Below, in pieces: positions 26,278 through 39,894 of a DNA stretch of 64,000 nt (position 1 is the first letter of the stretch; each line of letters opens with the position of its first letter). Source of the stretch: the human T2T-CHM13v2.0 reference genome, Homo sapiens. Under the pieces are notes generated by a model that did not search any database, was not told the DNA's origin, and worked only from the letters and a program-made list of their open reading frames with translations. The stretch lies in assembly GCF_009914755.1 (NCBI RefSeq), contig NC_060927.1; one strand, written 5' to 3'. Both the position numbers and the translations under genes were made by a program.

Positions 26278-26890
26278 CAGTGGTGGTGTTAGTAAATTCT
26301 GGGCAGAGTGTGTGTGTGTGAAACAGGTGGGGAGTAAAATCCTTTAATTGTAGCATCTGCCAGTTTCTATTGTATAAATTTTCCAGCATGACTGATTCCA
26401 AATTTATTTATTTATTTTCAAAAAGAGAATTTTATTACTTGTAACAAGTAAGGAGAACACTGGAGATAGTTCCCAAAGCAGTGTTTCCCCAAGCTGGGGG
26501 CTGGATCAGGTTTTATAAGCATAGGGTAATGAGCTATGACCTGATTGGATCTTGCAATAAGGTGATGCCAGGAGGTATTATCTGACTGGTTCCTACCAAG
26601 GGGTGATGCAAAAGCTTGATCTGTTTGTATCCTGGATCTGCTTATTAATTTAGTTCCCACTCCTTGATCCAAGCACTTTTCCTCCTGTGGTTACACAGTT
26701 GGTTCACCTGGACATGTTTAGGTTGATTTACCCAAGGGTCCATGACAAAGTTCCACATGGCGAGAAGGGAGAAGATGAGGGGAGAACAAAGGCATGTCTT
26801 ACATGATGGCAAGCAAACTGGTTTCAAAATTCCTAAATATTTAACAATCTTCTCTCCTCAACCTGTCTTAGCAGGCTCCAAAACGCTAAT
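26278..26890. mobile_element. MER63-like hAT element interrupted by an ERV1-type LTR fragment (~26404-26760)
   Basis: cagtggtggtgttagtaaat start and aaatatttaacaatc end resemble MER63; LTR-like GC-richer insert between. Confidence 0.5.
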
Positions 26891-27167
26891 GAATGTAACA
26901 TTTTTTAAAACACTTGGCAAAAGATTGAGTCAATGGAGACCATAAATGGGAGCTGATAATGAAGAGTTTGTCAGTATTAAGTCAATATCCTAAAAGGAGT
27001 TTATGGTACTCATCAGTTGAGAGAATGCCTGTTTCCCTAGTAGAGCAATTGATTGATTATGCAATTGTCATATCTTAAAGATTGATTCAATGTAAGCCAC
27101 TCATCTATGTTCATAAGAAGACATAAGTAGACATCTAGAGATAAATTGTTATTAGATAATTTGTGCT

Positions 27168-27191
27168 TGTGTGTGTGTGTGTGTGTGTGTG
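27168..27191. repeat. (TG)n microsatellite
   Basis: About 12 TG units. Confidence 0.95.
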
Positions 27192-27302
27192 TTGACATAA
27201 AGAGAATGAAGTGAGCAATCAGCGGGGGAAGATTATTTTTCTTGTCTATTTGACAGATATATATGCTGTTATAAATACACTAACTGTCATTCTATTTCAT
27301 AC

Positions 27303-27472
27303 CAGAGTCTCTTGTAAGCTTGATCCGTACAATGTTCTTTACTGGCCACCTTACAGTCCAGCTCTATAGGGAGCTGAAGAGCAACACCAGAAATAGCAGC
27401 AGATGTTTGGATGATAATATGTAGGCCCACATATTTTCCCCTGGGTTCAGTCAGAGATCTAGGGAATGTCTA
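27303..27472 (-). pseudogene. Candidate exon, 167-170 nt
   Basis: Strong acceptor ttttatattttctgtctacAG(tAG), donor ctg|GTatga; frames TFPRSL... and ENMWAY...SWTVRWPVKNIVRIKLTRDS. Confidence 0.65.
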
Positions 27473-28160
27473 CTGTAGACAGAAAATATAAAATTGAAGG
27501 ATTATGATTAAACCATCTTAGTGTTCATCATGTGAAATGGGAAAGATATTCTTAGTCTGCTTTGAAATAAGGTGAAAGAGTTGAAGTCATGCTAATAAAT
27601 ATATTAACACTCCGAGTAAACAAAAGTAAGACTTGAAGGATTGGAGCAAATTGTGATAAAAATGTTTATAAATAGATAAATATGTACAGAATGTAAATAT
27701 ATTCCATAATAAAAATATTTATGATAAAATAAAAAGTAGATATAGAAAACAGTTTTAAGAAATACAAAAACATCACTTAAAAGCAGGTAACATTATTTAG
27801 GTTACTTAAATATATCTGAATCATTTAGCCATTATCCACATCTTACTTAAGAAGCAGTTATAGAATAGTCCAAAGTACACTTTAATTAGACAAGAACATT
27901 AATTTTTATTCAAAAATGTGCTCCTCCTTGGTCACATTGTCATTGTCATTTCTGTTGAAGGGTCTTTTAAAAGTGAATTATGCTAACAACATGCAAAATG
28001 AAGTTTCATGCAGAGTTTTTATCATATACCATATAAAGCATTTATAGTTTACAGTGCTCTTAGTGCCTCAGTAATTTTTTCAAGGTGCTTGTGACCAGAA
28101 AAAAAAAATACCTACAAGTTTCGTTTATTAGGCAGTTAGTTTCAAACAACTCCATATGTA

Positions 28161-28780
28161 TAGTTGGCCCTCTGTATCTGTACATTCTGCCTTCGTGGAG
28201 TTTAAAAAAATGGGCCAGACGCAGTGGCTCACATCTGTAATCCCAACACTTTGGGAGGCTCAGGCAGGCAAATCACTTGGGCCCAGGAGTTCGAGACTAG
28301 CCTGGGCAATGTGGTGAGACCTTGTCTTACCAAAAAATTAAAAAAAAAAAAAAAAGTTGAGCATGGTGGCGTGTGCCTGCAGGCCCAGCTACCCAGGAGG
28401 CTGAGGTGGGATGATAACTTGATTGCAGGCATTCGAGGTTACAGTGAGCTGTGATCGCACCACTGTGTTCTAGCCTGGGCCACAGAGTGATTCTGTCTCA
28501 AAAAAACATTTTTTTTTAATGAATAGTTACATCCGTATTGAACATGTACAGACATTTTCTTGTTATGATTCATTACACGATAAAGTATAGCAACTATTTA
28601 TATGATATTTACATGATATTAGGTATTGTAAATAATCCAGAGATGATTTAAAATATACAATAGGATGTGCATAGGTTATATCCAAATACTACATCATTTT
28701 ATATAAAGAACATGAAAATCTATGAATTTTGGTATCCATGGGGCTCCTGGAACCAATTCCCTATGCCGTGAGATGACTAT
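28161..28780. mobile_element. MER2 (Tigger-derived) with AluJ inserted at 28213-28506
   Basis: MER2 internal sequence and terminal inverted repeats; full plus-strand Alu inside. Confidence 0.85.
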
Positions 28781-28979
28781 ATGTTTTAAATTTTTAATAC
28801 CTGTTTACAAAAAAAATACATGTACCCTGAAGGAAAAATACTGTTCTTATTTCATCCTTAGAGAACCATAATAATTTACCAATGTGACATGTGCTTGTTG
28901 TGCATAAACAGCTTCAAGTGTTGCTTGATTTGTACCAGCTCTATAGTGATTATGATTTAAGTTTGCAAAAGAAACTTAC

Positions 28980-29071
28980 ATCCTTAGTGACACAGAAAAT
29001 ATAAGAGTCTGGAATAGTCATTGGTATATTTGATCCACTTCACTAGTTCTAGAAAGCTCATATGTTGCAAT
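28980..29071 (-). pseudogene. Candidate exon, 92 nt (RLQHMSFLELVKWIKYTNDYSRLLYFLCH*G)
   Basis: Acceptor ttttttatttttatatccaataAG, donor gat|GTaagt; in phase with 31181-31258. Confidence 0.65.
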
Positions 29072-31180
29072 CTTATTGGATATAAAAATAAAAAAACTAA
29101 ACATTATGATTTAGTTAAGAAAGGTAATCTGGATCTATAGTAGCAATTAAAATATTAAGGATTAGTGAATTTCATAGTTTATTTACTCAGGCAACAAAAT
29201 CACAGAACATTATATAATTTCTAAGAAAAGTATGTATGCTTTAGTTTATAAAAAAGTTTATCTGTTTAACAGCAGTCAATCATGAAACTTCTTTAAGAAG
29301 GTTTTCTCACTTAATTGGAGAGGTACTATTAAAAACTATTATTATAAATGACTATTATAAAAATATCACAAACTGTAATGTCAAAGTACAACATGAACTA
29401 TATCTTCCTGGAATCCTGGATTGGATATACATGCAACAATAAAATTAGCTGAGACTAATTAAAGCAAAGCAATACAAACAAACAAAAACACTAGGTTCTT
29501 GTTTCATTGCCTGCCCTGAATATCAGCATCATGGACATCATATTGACTCTACCTACAGCCATTCCAGTTGGGATAATATTTAATTAGTTACTTCACAACA
29601 CAGAAAGTAACAATAGTTTCATAGTGGTTAGGAAAATAGGTAGAAAAGTCCTTCAGTTTTTTAAATAACTTTTACTTCTGAATCATAAAAATTGACAATA
29701 TTGCCTCCAGTACAGACCTTAGTGATTTTCAACAAACTAAACAAAATGCAATCAGTTTTTGAGATCTACCATTGATGTAATGAATGATAAAAGTACCAGT
29801 TATAATCCCAGGTTTAATGAGTTTTTAAAATTTTACTCAATATGAATATCTGTTTAATTTATCCCTATAATCTTCAGAGATAATCTTTTAAAATTCAGTC
29901 TCATTGATTTCCTTAAAGATGAAATGTACTACCATCGAGTTTCTTTTAGGTGCTTTTCATTATTTTAGTATGAATGGTGCCTACATATGCTTTGAACAAC
30001 ATTGTTTTCAATGATTAGACTTTATTGAAAGCAATAATAGTATAATTATATTAACATAGTGACAGGAAGTTAAAAGTAATGATGATGAATCACTCATACA
30101 AATGACTTCTGTGGTTATTTAATAAAATCTGACTGAAACAGTATTTTGGAATTACTTATTCAAGCCCTTAAACCTGACATTCAGAATTTATTGCTTATAT
30201 TTTCAACACATGGTTTAATATGACCATTTAAGTTGTGTGTGTTTGTGTGTGAGTGTGTGAGTGTATACTAACTAGTTTTTCTTTTGATTCTCAATAAGCA
30301 TAGTTTAAGTGTGGTTGTTAACTAATTCACTGTTGGATTCCAAGTGCATATGATTCGAAGAAAAAATTAACAACAACTAAAGTATGACAACGAGTAAAAG
30401 ACTATACTATTTAAAATCTTTTAAAATGATTATAATTCAGGAATATACAATCTGATTTTTGGAATGCTGTGTTTTACCTCCATATTGTGAATGAATGTTG
30501 TTGATTTTCAAAATTTTTATATAAAATTACATTTTATGTCACTTTACTTAGGTCAAGGAATATAGTATGTGCTTCATTTTATAAAGCAGAATATTTATTT
30601 TTAATTCAATACCATAAAGGAAATATTTGACAACACAATTATGGAAAGGTAGAATAAATGAGTCAGCCATATAAATCTATATAGGAAGGGCTCTCTGATG
30701 CCAAGTGTATCTGTAGCCACTAGATATAAGGTGAATTATTATTTTTCTCTTTGTCTATGTCCAACCTTGAGAAAATGACTTTACTTTTTAAGGTCTGAGG
30801 TTTATTACTTTAAATATTATAGAGTGGGATTACGTGATTCTAAGGAATCTTCTGGCTTTAAAAACTAAACATAAATACGAAACTATAAGTTCTGGTATAA
30901 ACGTATACACAAATATCCTAGTAATATTATGGAAAGAGTTCAATGCACCCTCAAAGTAGAAAATACCCTGTTAAACATTATCTAGAAAATTGAGCTCAGG
31001 ATAGAATATTCTAGATTATCTTTAGAATATAACTATATTCCCTTTATTTATGAAGCACAACCCATGTTTATGTTATTTTCTGACCATAATATCTGTCAGA
31101 CAAGATACAAAAAGGAGTGGTTGTTAGTCTCTTGAAATTTTTTTCCTGTAGAACAGTTATTTTTTCCTGTGAATGACTAC

Positions 31181-31258
31181 CTGGTCTCATGATCAATTTG
31201 CACAGTGGCAACAATGTCCGGAAGACTTTTGACAATCATGTCTCCTTTCTTGTAAATT
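31181..31258 (-). pseudogene. Candidate exon, 78 nt, open (IYKKGDMIVKSLPDIVATVQIDHET)
   Basis: Acceptor ttttttgtacAG, donor cag|GTagtc; symmetric phase 2-2. Confidence 0.7.
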
Positions 31259-31331
31259 CTGTACAAAAAAGTTAATAAAGGCTAACCTGCCTCTGTTGAG
31301 CCATCAAATTTCCCACCCCTTGAGCAATTAC

Positions 31332-31615
31332 CTGCATTATAACAAATAAAACAATAGAATATGATGCAGCACAACTAGGCAAATATGAAATAAACTACTG
31401 TAGTGTTTAAAATTCTCTTCAGATATTTTATTAGTATTATACAAAGCAGCTTATTACATAGTACTTTAAGAAAAATTACAAAACTTGTCCAATTTCTATT
31501 CACTTGCAAAAGCCAAACAATAGTTCCTAGTAACAGAGCATATAATACAATAGACATATAAAAAACAATAGTCATTAAAATTCACTCCTTATAATAATAG
31601 GGAGCAAGCAGGTGT
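31332..31615 (-). pseudogene. Candidate exon, 284 nt, disrupted
   Basis: Acceptor tgtttctttatgttccAG, donor cag|GTaatt; 73-bp intron to next exon. Confidence 0.65.
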
Positions 31616-32338
31616 CTGGAACATAAAGAAACAACAGAGAATAGAGAACATATTTGCAATTAGAAATTAGTAATACATCTTATGTGTAAATTTGTGAAAC
31701 ATGAACTGAAATATTCAGTCACAGATAGTTTCCTCAGTGTATATGTGTGTGTATATAAAACTCATACAAAAAATCATATATTAAAAACTTTTAAAATATA
31801 ATGAATGAATTGATAAAAATCTGGGATTCCATTCAGGAAAATATATTCAATAACTTAATAATGATAAACACTATACAGTTAATTTAATGTAAAAGAATGC
31901 TTTTTTCAAAATAGAAAAGTACAGCCTTGACTCTCAGCTTTTATCTATAAAGTACAAATATTCAACATGAAACTGATTGATTACTAATTAAACCAGTGAA
32001 GGCCAATTCTAAACCACTTATGCTATTTAATATTCAATATCATTCCATAAGGCCTGGGAATATTAAATATTAAAATCAATGACTGGACTTTAGTGGGTTA
32101 CTGTTATTAATATGATTTCATGCTATAATAAATTTACATCAAAAAACCATGCACCATAATTTAATAATTATAATACAAAAATAATTGAAAAATTGTTCAT
32201 AGAGTCCTGCTGTAACCTATAGAGCGATTTATTATATTTACAAAAATGTGTACAATTCACAAACAAAAGTAAGAATAACTTAGCTCAGCAAATCAAAGTT
32301 CTCCTCATTGAATAGAAATTATGCAAGCCTTTGCTTAC

Positions 32339-32956
32339 CTGGTCTAACCAATGACAGTTGGTGAAGATACTTAATGCTATGTGAATATACCCAGTGGTCA
32401 TGCTTCTACAGTTCTGTTTTACTCTCCTTATTTTTTAGTTCTTTAATACAAATAATTCTTTTTCCTAGCTATCTTAACACCTCCCTTTGCAGATGGGAAA
32501 TTCCAGTGAAAACCAGAACTGCCAAAATCCTTCTCTTCTTCTTCTGCTTGGATGATCATACTTACTCTTTGACACCCTTAGTACTGTTAACCAGGTTAGC
32601 CTTTGTTTCAGTGCCTTCCAATGTCCCTTTGATTAACTTGGAACTTGAGTGATCACAATTACTGAAGAGAATGGGGTCCTAGGTTTTTATTATCTTCTTC
32701 TCCAGGCTTCTGGCTCTACTAAGGTGAATAAACACTATTAGACCTTAATCTATATTGCCTTCACAGTGGATTCTACTGTAGAATTTCCAATTTAACTGAT
32801 CTGAAGCATTATCTCTTAAAAGCTTCCCGGAAGAGTTTGAGAAAAACTGCATCAATGGCTGTACTTGTTGTAACCAAAGAGAACATGTTGTTATCTTGAA
32901 CCACAATATTTCTCAACTATCTTGGGTGAATATCAAATTATCCCTTTTTTGACCAT
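32339..32956 (-). pseudogene. Candidate large exon, 618 nt, heavily disrupted
   Basis: Acceptor gtattttacAG, donor cag|GTaagc; non-repeat sequence of higher complexity than its flanks. Confidence 0.55.
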
Positions 32957-33111
32957 CTGTAAAATACCACAGAATCTGTGATTGAGCAATCACAGTAGTG
33001 CAACTTTTGACAGTCTCGGTTATACTGGAAACCACTTAAATATTGCAGACACCAACTTGAGGCCAAGGCTGGCTCTGGCCACATCCATGCTATTCAAAGT
33101 TTTTCCTATAG

Positions 33112-33268
33112 ACTAGTTTTCCCTGTAGTCTGGTAACATCAGCATTATCTAGAAGTTCGTTGAGAATACATAATCTTAGGCCCTACTCTAAAACTACTCA
33201 ATCAAAAATCTATTTTTAACAAGGTTCCCAAGTGGTTCACCTGCACATAAAAGTAGGAAAATGGTCTA
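33112..33268. mobile_element. MER5A-like DNA transposon
   Basis: Typical core aatctatttttaacaaggttcccaagtggttcacctgcacataaaagt. Confidence 0.65.
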
Positions 33269-33346
33269 GAGACCATCTCAGCTGTGTTTGAAGAAATTAA
33301 TTCATCAAATTCACCAGGACTTCATGTTCAGTGTCCATTTTACAGC

Positions 33347-33444
33347 ATATATGTATACATATACATATATATATACACATATAATATGTATACATATACA
33401 TATATATATACACATATAATATGTATACATATACATATATATAT
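33347..33444. repeat. TA/CA-rich tandem repeat (~35-bp higher-order unit)
   Basis: atatgtatacatatacatatatatatacacatata repeated about 2.7 times. Confidence 0.85.
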
Positions 33445-34021
33445 AAAATCATTTCTTCAGAGAGATTTAATGTTTTAGGAAATTGCATTTCTGCATAAGT
33501 TTGTTTAAAAACAAAATCCTTTTGGTAGCTTTGCAACAAAGTGATTAACCATATATAAGTTTGGGTTTTTTTCCTAGTTGTTCTGATTGCAAATGTAAGG
33601 TTCTCCTAATATGCATGATTTAAAAGTTAAAAACAGTTTAAACACTTCCTTACAACACAATTTACACACAGAAAAAAACTTTAAGTCACGTTTCTATTGT
33701 TTATTAATTAACAAATAAAAATTGCACATATCATATGTTCCTTTCATTCTCTCACACATTCATAAAATAAATGTCAGTCACGGGATTAGCTAGGCAGGTG
33801 GTGAAAATAAAATTCTGAATAAAACACAGCTTTTGTCTTGCTAGACATTTGAATGTAGCAGAACATATCTACAATGAATAACCAATTCAAAGTAAATAAG
33901 ATAAGGAAATTGGGTAATATGAGAGGAGCAGATAGGGACAATATATGGGAATCAGCATGTTTACCCTGATAAAAATGAGGCTTAAGCTGAACACTGGCTG
34001 TTCTTGTTTTTGATTCATTCT

Positions 34022-35769
34022 TGATATGGTTTGGCTGTGTCCCCACCCAAATCTCATCTTAAATTCCCACATGTTGTTGGAGGGACCTGGTGGGAGGTAA
34101 TTGAATCATGGGGACAAGTCTTTCTCGTGTTGTTCTTATGATAGCGAATAAGTCTCACAAGATCTGATGGTTTTAGAAAGAGAAGTTCTCCTACACAAGC
34201 TCTCTCTCTTTGCCCGCTGCCATCCATGTAAGATGCGACTTACTTCTCCTTGCCTTCCATCATGATTTTGAGGCTTCCCCAGCCACGTCAAAGTATAAGT
34301 CTAATTAAACCTTTCTTTTGTAAATTGCCCAGTCTCAGGTATGTCTTTATCATCAGTGTAAAAATGGACTAATACAGTAAATTGTTATCAGTAGAGTGGG
34401 GCACTGCTGAAAAGATACCCAAAAATCTATAAGTGACTTTGGAACTGGGTAACAGGCAGAGGTTGGAACAGTTTGGAGGGCTCAGAAGAAAACAGGAAAA
34501 TGTAGGAAAGTTTGGAACTCCCTAGAAACTTGTTGAGTGGTTTTGTCCAAAATGCTGATAATGATATGGACAATGAAATCCAGGTTGAGGTGTTCTCAGA
34601 TGGAAATGAGAATCATGTTGGGAAGTAGAGCAGAGATGACTCCTGTTATGTTTTAGCAAAGAAACTGGTGACATTTTGCCCCTCCTTAGCAATTTGTGGA
34701 ACTTTGAACTTGAGAGAGATGATTTAGGGTATCTGGTGGAAAAAATTTCTAAGCAGCATAGCATTCAATAGGTGACCTTGTTGCTGTTAAAGGCATTCAG
34801 TTTCAAAGGAAAAGCAGAGCATAAAAGTTCGGAAAATTTGCAGCCTGACAATGCAATAGAAAAGAAATCTAATTTTCTGAGGAAAAATTCAAGCTGGTGG
34901 CAGAAATTTGCATAAGTAACTAGGAGTCAAATGTTAATCCCCAAAACAATGGGGAAAATGTCTCCAGGACATGTCATAGGTCTTCACAGTAGCCCCTCCC
35001 ATCACAAGCCTGGAGACCTAGGAGGAAAAGGTCGTTTTGTGGGCCACACCCAGGGCCCCCATGCTGTCTGCAGCCTAGGGACTTGGTGCCCTGTGTCCCA
35101 GACTCTCCTGGCATGGCTGAAAGAGGCCAATGTAGGTCTCAGGCCGTGGCTTCAGTCTCGAAGCTTCAAGCCTCAAATCTTGGCAGCTTCCACATGGGGT
35201 TGAGCCTGTAGGTATACAGAAGTCAAGAATTGGGGTTTGGGAATCTCTGCCTAGATTTAATAGGATGTATGGAAATGCCTGGATGTCCAAGCAGAATTTT
35301 GCTGCTGGAGCAGGGCTCACATGGAGACCCTCTGCTAGGTCAGTAAAGTGGGGTCAGAGCCCCCACACAGAGTCCCTACTGGGGCACTGCCTGGTGGAGC
35401 TGTGAGAAGAGGAACACGATCCTCCAGACCCCATAATGGCACATCCACTGACAGCTTACACTGTGCGCCTAGAAAAGCTGCAATACTCAATGCCAGCCCA
35501 TGAAAGCAGCCAGGAGAGAGGCTGTACCCTGCAAAGCCACAGGGGCAGAGCTTCCGAAGACCATGGGAACCCACCTATTGCATCAGTGTGACCTGGATGT
35601 GAGACATGGAGTCAAAGGAGAGCATTTTGGAGCTTTAAGATTTGACTGCCCTGCTGGATTTCAGACTCAAATGGGACCTGTAACCCCTTTGTTTTAATTA
35701 ATTTCTCCCATTTGGAATGGCTATATTTACCCAATGCCTATACCCCCATTGTATCCAGGAAGTAACTAA
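34022..35769 (+). mobile_element. THE1B-like MaLR: 5' LTR (34022-34376) plus internal region, 3' end missing
   Basis: tgatatggtttggctgtgtccccacccaaatctc...ggactaataca then THE1-int; stops at ...gaagtaactaac. Confidence 0.92.
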
Positions 35770-36878
35770 CCACACCCCTCCCTTTTGCAATCCATGCGAA
35801 GCAGCCATATTTAGAATTATTACTTATTACTGCACCACATTTTTTGAAAAGCAAACAAAAATTAAAGCATACAAAATAACTTCCTCAAGTGAGACCTAAA
35901 AGGTGTTCAGTAATCCCTAATTACCTCCTTATCCCACTCCTTTTTTTGATCATTCCAAATACATACTAATGTCCTTTAACATTCCTTCCTATTACCTCCT
36001 CAACTACAATAGATTAATTTTGCATTCTGCTAAACTGAAAATGAAAACTATTAATAAAATATCCCTAAATCTTCTACTCCACAGCTTAGAATTTAATGCA
36101 TCTGAGATCATTTCACCTGCCTTAAATATGCACTAATTAAAATAGGAGCTCCTCCTACTGTTCACTAATCTCTGATTTTCATTTAGAGTCCATAATCTCT
36201 AACTTCTTTAGTCATCTTGCTTTATTAGCCTTCTTTTGCTCCTTCAATTTCTGTTGAAAAAGGGATACTATTCACCCTCTCTTTCATAGTTTCTTGGCCC
36301 CATTGTTTAACAGTCAGTATCTTAGTTGATGTCCTCATTGTTTCTTATCTGAGATACTGTACTTAATGTCTCACTGGATCTTTAGAAGATCACCCTAGAA
36401 GCTTCCCCTACCCTATGCACATTCCTGCACTTAGCACAATTCTAAAATGTAATCAGGAAAAGCCATCAGATTTCTTCCTTTACCAGAATCCTATAAATTA
36501 TTTCCACAATATTGAGGCTAGAATTCAAAACTCTAAGACTAATAAGCTTATCTTCCTAGCTTCCTAGTTTCTGTACACAACATACATTCCTGTTCTATAG
36601 ACTGACCATTCCAAATTTCAAAGCTATAATGGCAGACATCATTGCCCCTGTTGAAAGTGCCTTGCACAATCATCCCCCATCTCTACAGCTCTCTTCCACG
36701 TATCTTCATCCGGCCAATTTCAATTCATCAAAATTCAGCCCTCTATTCCTTAAATTCACATGCATTCTTTAAATCCTGCTTTGATTTTATAACTTGATTT
36801 TGATGCTACCTGTCTTGGTTTCTATTATACTGTGTGAATATCTATGTCAGAGTACTTACTGAATTTAATCTTGATATT

Positions 36879-37196
36879 TATTTTTTATTTTATTTTATTT
36901 TGAGGCAGAGTCTCACTCTGTAGCCCAGGCTGGAGTGCAGTGGCGCTATCTCGGCTCACTGCAAGCTCTGCCTCCCAAGTTCATGCCATTCTCCTACCTC
37001 AGCCTCCTGAGTAGCTGGGACTACAAGCTCCTGCCACCAATCCCGGCTAATGTTTTTTGTTTGTTTGTTTGTATTTTTAGCAGAGACAGGGTTTCACTGT
37101 GTTAGCCAGGATGGTCTCGATCTTCTGACCTCATGATCAACCCACCTTGGCCTCCCAAAGTGCTGGGATTACAGGCGTGAACCACCAGGACTGGCC
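36879..37196 (-). mobile_element. AluY-like
   Basis: Diagnostic gcaagctc, ccattctcc, gtgttagccaggatgg; degenerate TSD tt(a)atctt(g/a)atattta. Confidence 0.92.
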
Positions 37197-37728
37197 TTAT
37201 CTTAATATTTAACATATTCCTTGTTCCTCTGCTAGAGCATCATTATCTTAAGGGCAGAGCCTTCATATCTCCAGTGTCTAGGTGAATTTCTTACTTCTTT
37301 AAGTGTTCCGTAACAGTCTCCAGAATGACAAATGAATGAATAAATAAATTATATGTAATATGATAGTTCAATTACAGTTATTTTCTCCATAGGCATTGTA
37401 TAAATCTAAAGGATTTACCATTTTCTAAATTGGAGGTGTGGTAGAGCTGGGGATCAGAATAGTATGGTAGATGAGGAAATACCCAAGCAAACAAGAAAAA
37501 CATGCTATTTAAGCAAACTCTTAATTAGCTTCTACTCCATCAGTACTTTTATGTTAATTTTCAGTTCCTAAAAAATACACACTAAATATGTATTTTTAAA
37601 AAGCTAGTAGGAATAACATTTTACAAGCTCATATTTACTTTTTATTTTTAAGATTTGCCCCATTAAAATAAATATATATTTAAATGTTCAGCAGGCAAAA
37701 TCTAACATGATAAAGTATCTAGAATGTC

Positions 37729-39328
37729 CATATTGCCAGAAGCAATCTATAAATTCAATGCAATCCCCATCAAAATACCACCGTCATTCTTCACAGAATG
37801 AGAAAAAACAATTCTAAAATTCATATGAAACCAAAAAGAGCCCACAGAGCCAAAGCAAGACTAAGAAAAAACATATCTGGAGGCATCACACTACCTGATT
37901 TCAAACTGTACTATAAGGCTATAGTCACCAAAACAGCAAGGTAGTGGTATAAAAATAGGCACATAGACCAATGGAACAGAATAGAGAACCGAGAAATAAA
38001 CCCAAATACTTATAGCCAGCTGATCTTTGACAAAGCAAACAAAAACGTTAAGTGAAGAAAAGACACCCTTTTCAACAAACGGCACTGGGATAATTGGCTA
38101 GCCATATGTAGGAGAATGAAACTGGATCCTCATCTCTCACCTTATACAAAAATCAACTCAAGATGTTTAAGGACTTAAACCTAAGACCTGAAACTATAAA
38201 AATTCTAGAAGATAACATTGGAAAAACCCTTCCAGACATTGGTTTAGGCAAGGATTTCATGAACTGAGAACCCAAAAGCAAATGCAATAAAAACAAAGAT
38301 AAATAGCTGGAACCTAATTAAACTAAAGAACTTTTGCACAGCAAAAGGAACAGTCAGCAGAGTAAACAGACATCCACAGTGTGGGAGAAAATCTTCACAA
38401 TCTGTACATCTGGCAAAGTGCTGATATCCAGAATCTACAATGAACTCAAACAAATCAGTAAGAAAAAACAATCCCATCAAAAAGTGGGCTAAGGACATAA
38501 CTAGACTAGTCTCAAAAGAAGATATACAAATGGCCAACAAATATATGAAAAGTGCTCAACATTACTAATGATCAGAGAAATGCAAATCAAAACCACAATG
38601 CAATACCACCTTACTCCTGCAAGAATGGCCATAATCAAAAAAATAAAAAAACAGTAGATGTTGGCGTGGATGCTGTGATCACGAAATGCTTCTACACTGC
38701 TGGTGGGAATGTAAATTAGTACAGCCACTATGGAAAACAGTGTGGAGATTCCTTAAAGAACTGAAAGTAGAACTACCATTTGATCCAGTAATCACACTAC
38801 TGGGTATCTACCCAGAGTAAAAGAAGTCATTATTCAAAAAAGATACTTGCACGTGCATGTTTATAGCAGCACAATTCACAATTGCAAAATCATGGAACCA
38901 ACCCAAATGCTCATCAATCAATGAGTGGATAAAGAAAGTTGGTATATATATATATACAGTGGAATCTACTCAGCCATAAAAAGGAATGAATTAACAGCAT
39001 TTGCATTAACCTGCATGAGATTGGAGACTATTATTCTAAGTGAAATAACTCAGGAACGGAAAACCAAACATCGTATGTTCTCACTGATATGTGAAAGCTA
39101 AGCTATGAGGACGCAAAGGCATAAGAATGATACAATGGACTGTGGGGACTTGTGGGGGAGAGTTGGGGGGGGTGAGGCATAAAAGACTACAAATATGTTG
39201 CAGCATATATTGCTCGGGTGATGGGTGCACCAAAATCTCACAAATCACCACTAAAGTTCTTACTCATGTAACCAAATACCACCTGTACCCCAATAACTTA
39301 TGGAAAAATTAAAAAATAAAATAAAATA
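37729..39328 (+). mobile_element. 5'-truncated L1PB (L1PB1-like) flanked by a 75-79 bp direct repeat
   Basis: ORF2 3' part, L1PB 3'UTR (gggtgatgggtgcaccaaaatctcacaaatcaccactaaag) and A-rich tail. Confidence 0.93.
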
Positions 39329-39894
39329 AAGATTTTTCCCCATTAAAATAAATATATATTTAGATGTTCAGCAGGCAAAATCTAACTATCTATCTAGAAT
39401 GTCACATTTATTTTGGGGGGAAGGTGGTGGAGTTGAATTAACACATTATTTTGACATGTGTTATTTAAAGATGTGAAATGAATTCATATTTTTCTTTCCT
39501 TACATTTTAAAAAACTTCCTTTCTATGTAAAACCCCCAGGGAATGCACCCAGGGCATTGAAACTAGAAAGAGATAAAGAGTAAATATGTCTTAAAAATAT
39601 ACTGGAACTTTTGTAACATAAATATCATTCAAAATTAGAATCATCTTGACTTTAAATTTGTTACACATAGAAATTTCAGGTTTTAATGAAAGATCATAAA
39701 AGAAACAACAAAAATATAATGTTAACAAGATTAACTATGTAGCATTTTTTTCTCATCTTGTAATGAAGCTACTTTTTTAACCACAAAATTGTATTTATTT
39801 AAATAAGAATAATAAATTCCATTATGCATATCATTAAAACACTTTTATATAAGTCTAAAGTGGCTCTCTATACTAAGCTTATATTCTCAAGTAA

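Noticed and set aside
27303-27472. TFPRSL similarity to GREB1-family proteins
   Set aside because: Six-residue match with no colinear support from neighbouring exons.
31181-31258. IYKKGDMIVK as a cyclic-nucleotide-binding domain start
   Set aside because: Following sequence lacks the CNBD glycine and phosphate-binding cassette motifs.
31375-31575. Hydrophobic 66-aa ORF as a standalone membrane microprotein
   Set aside because: T-rich composition gives hydrophobic frames by default; it lies within a candidate internal exon and has no promoter evidence.
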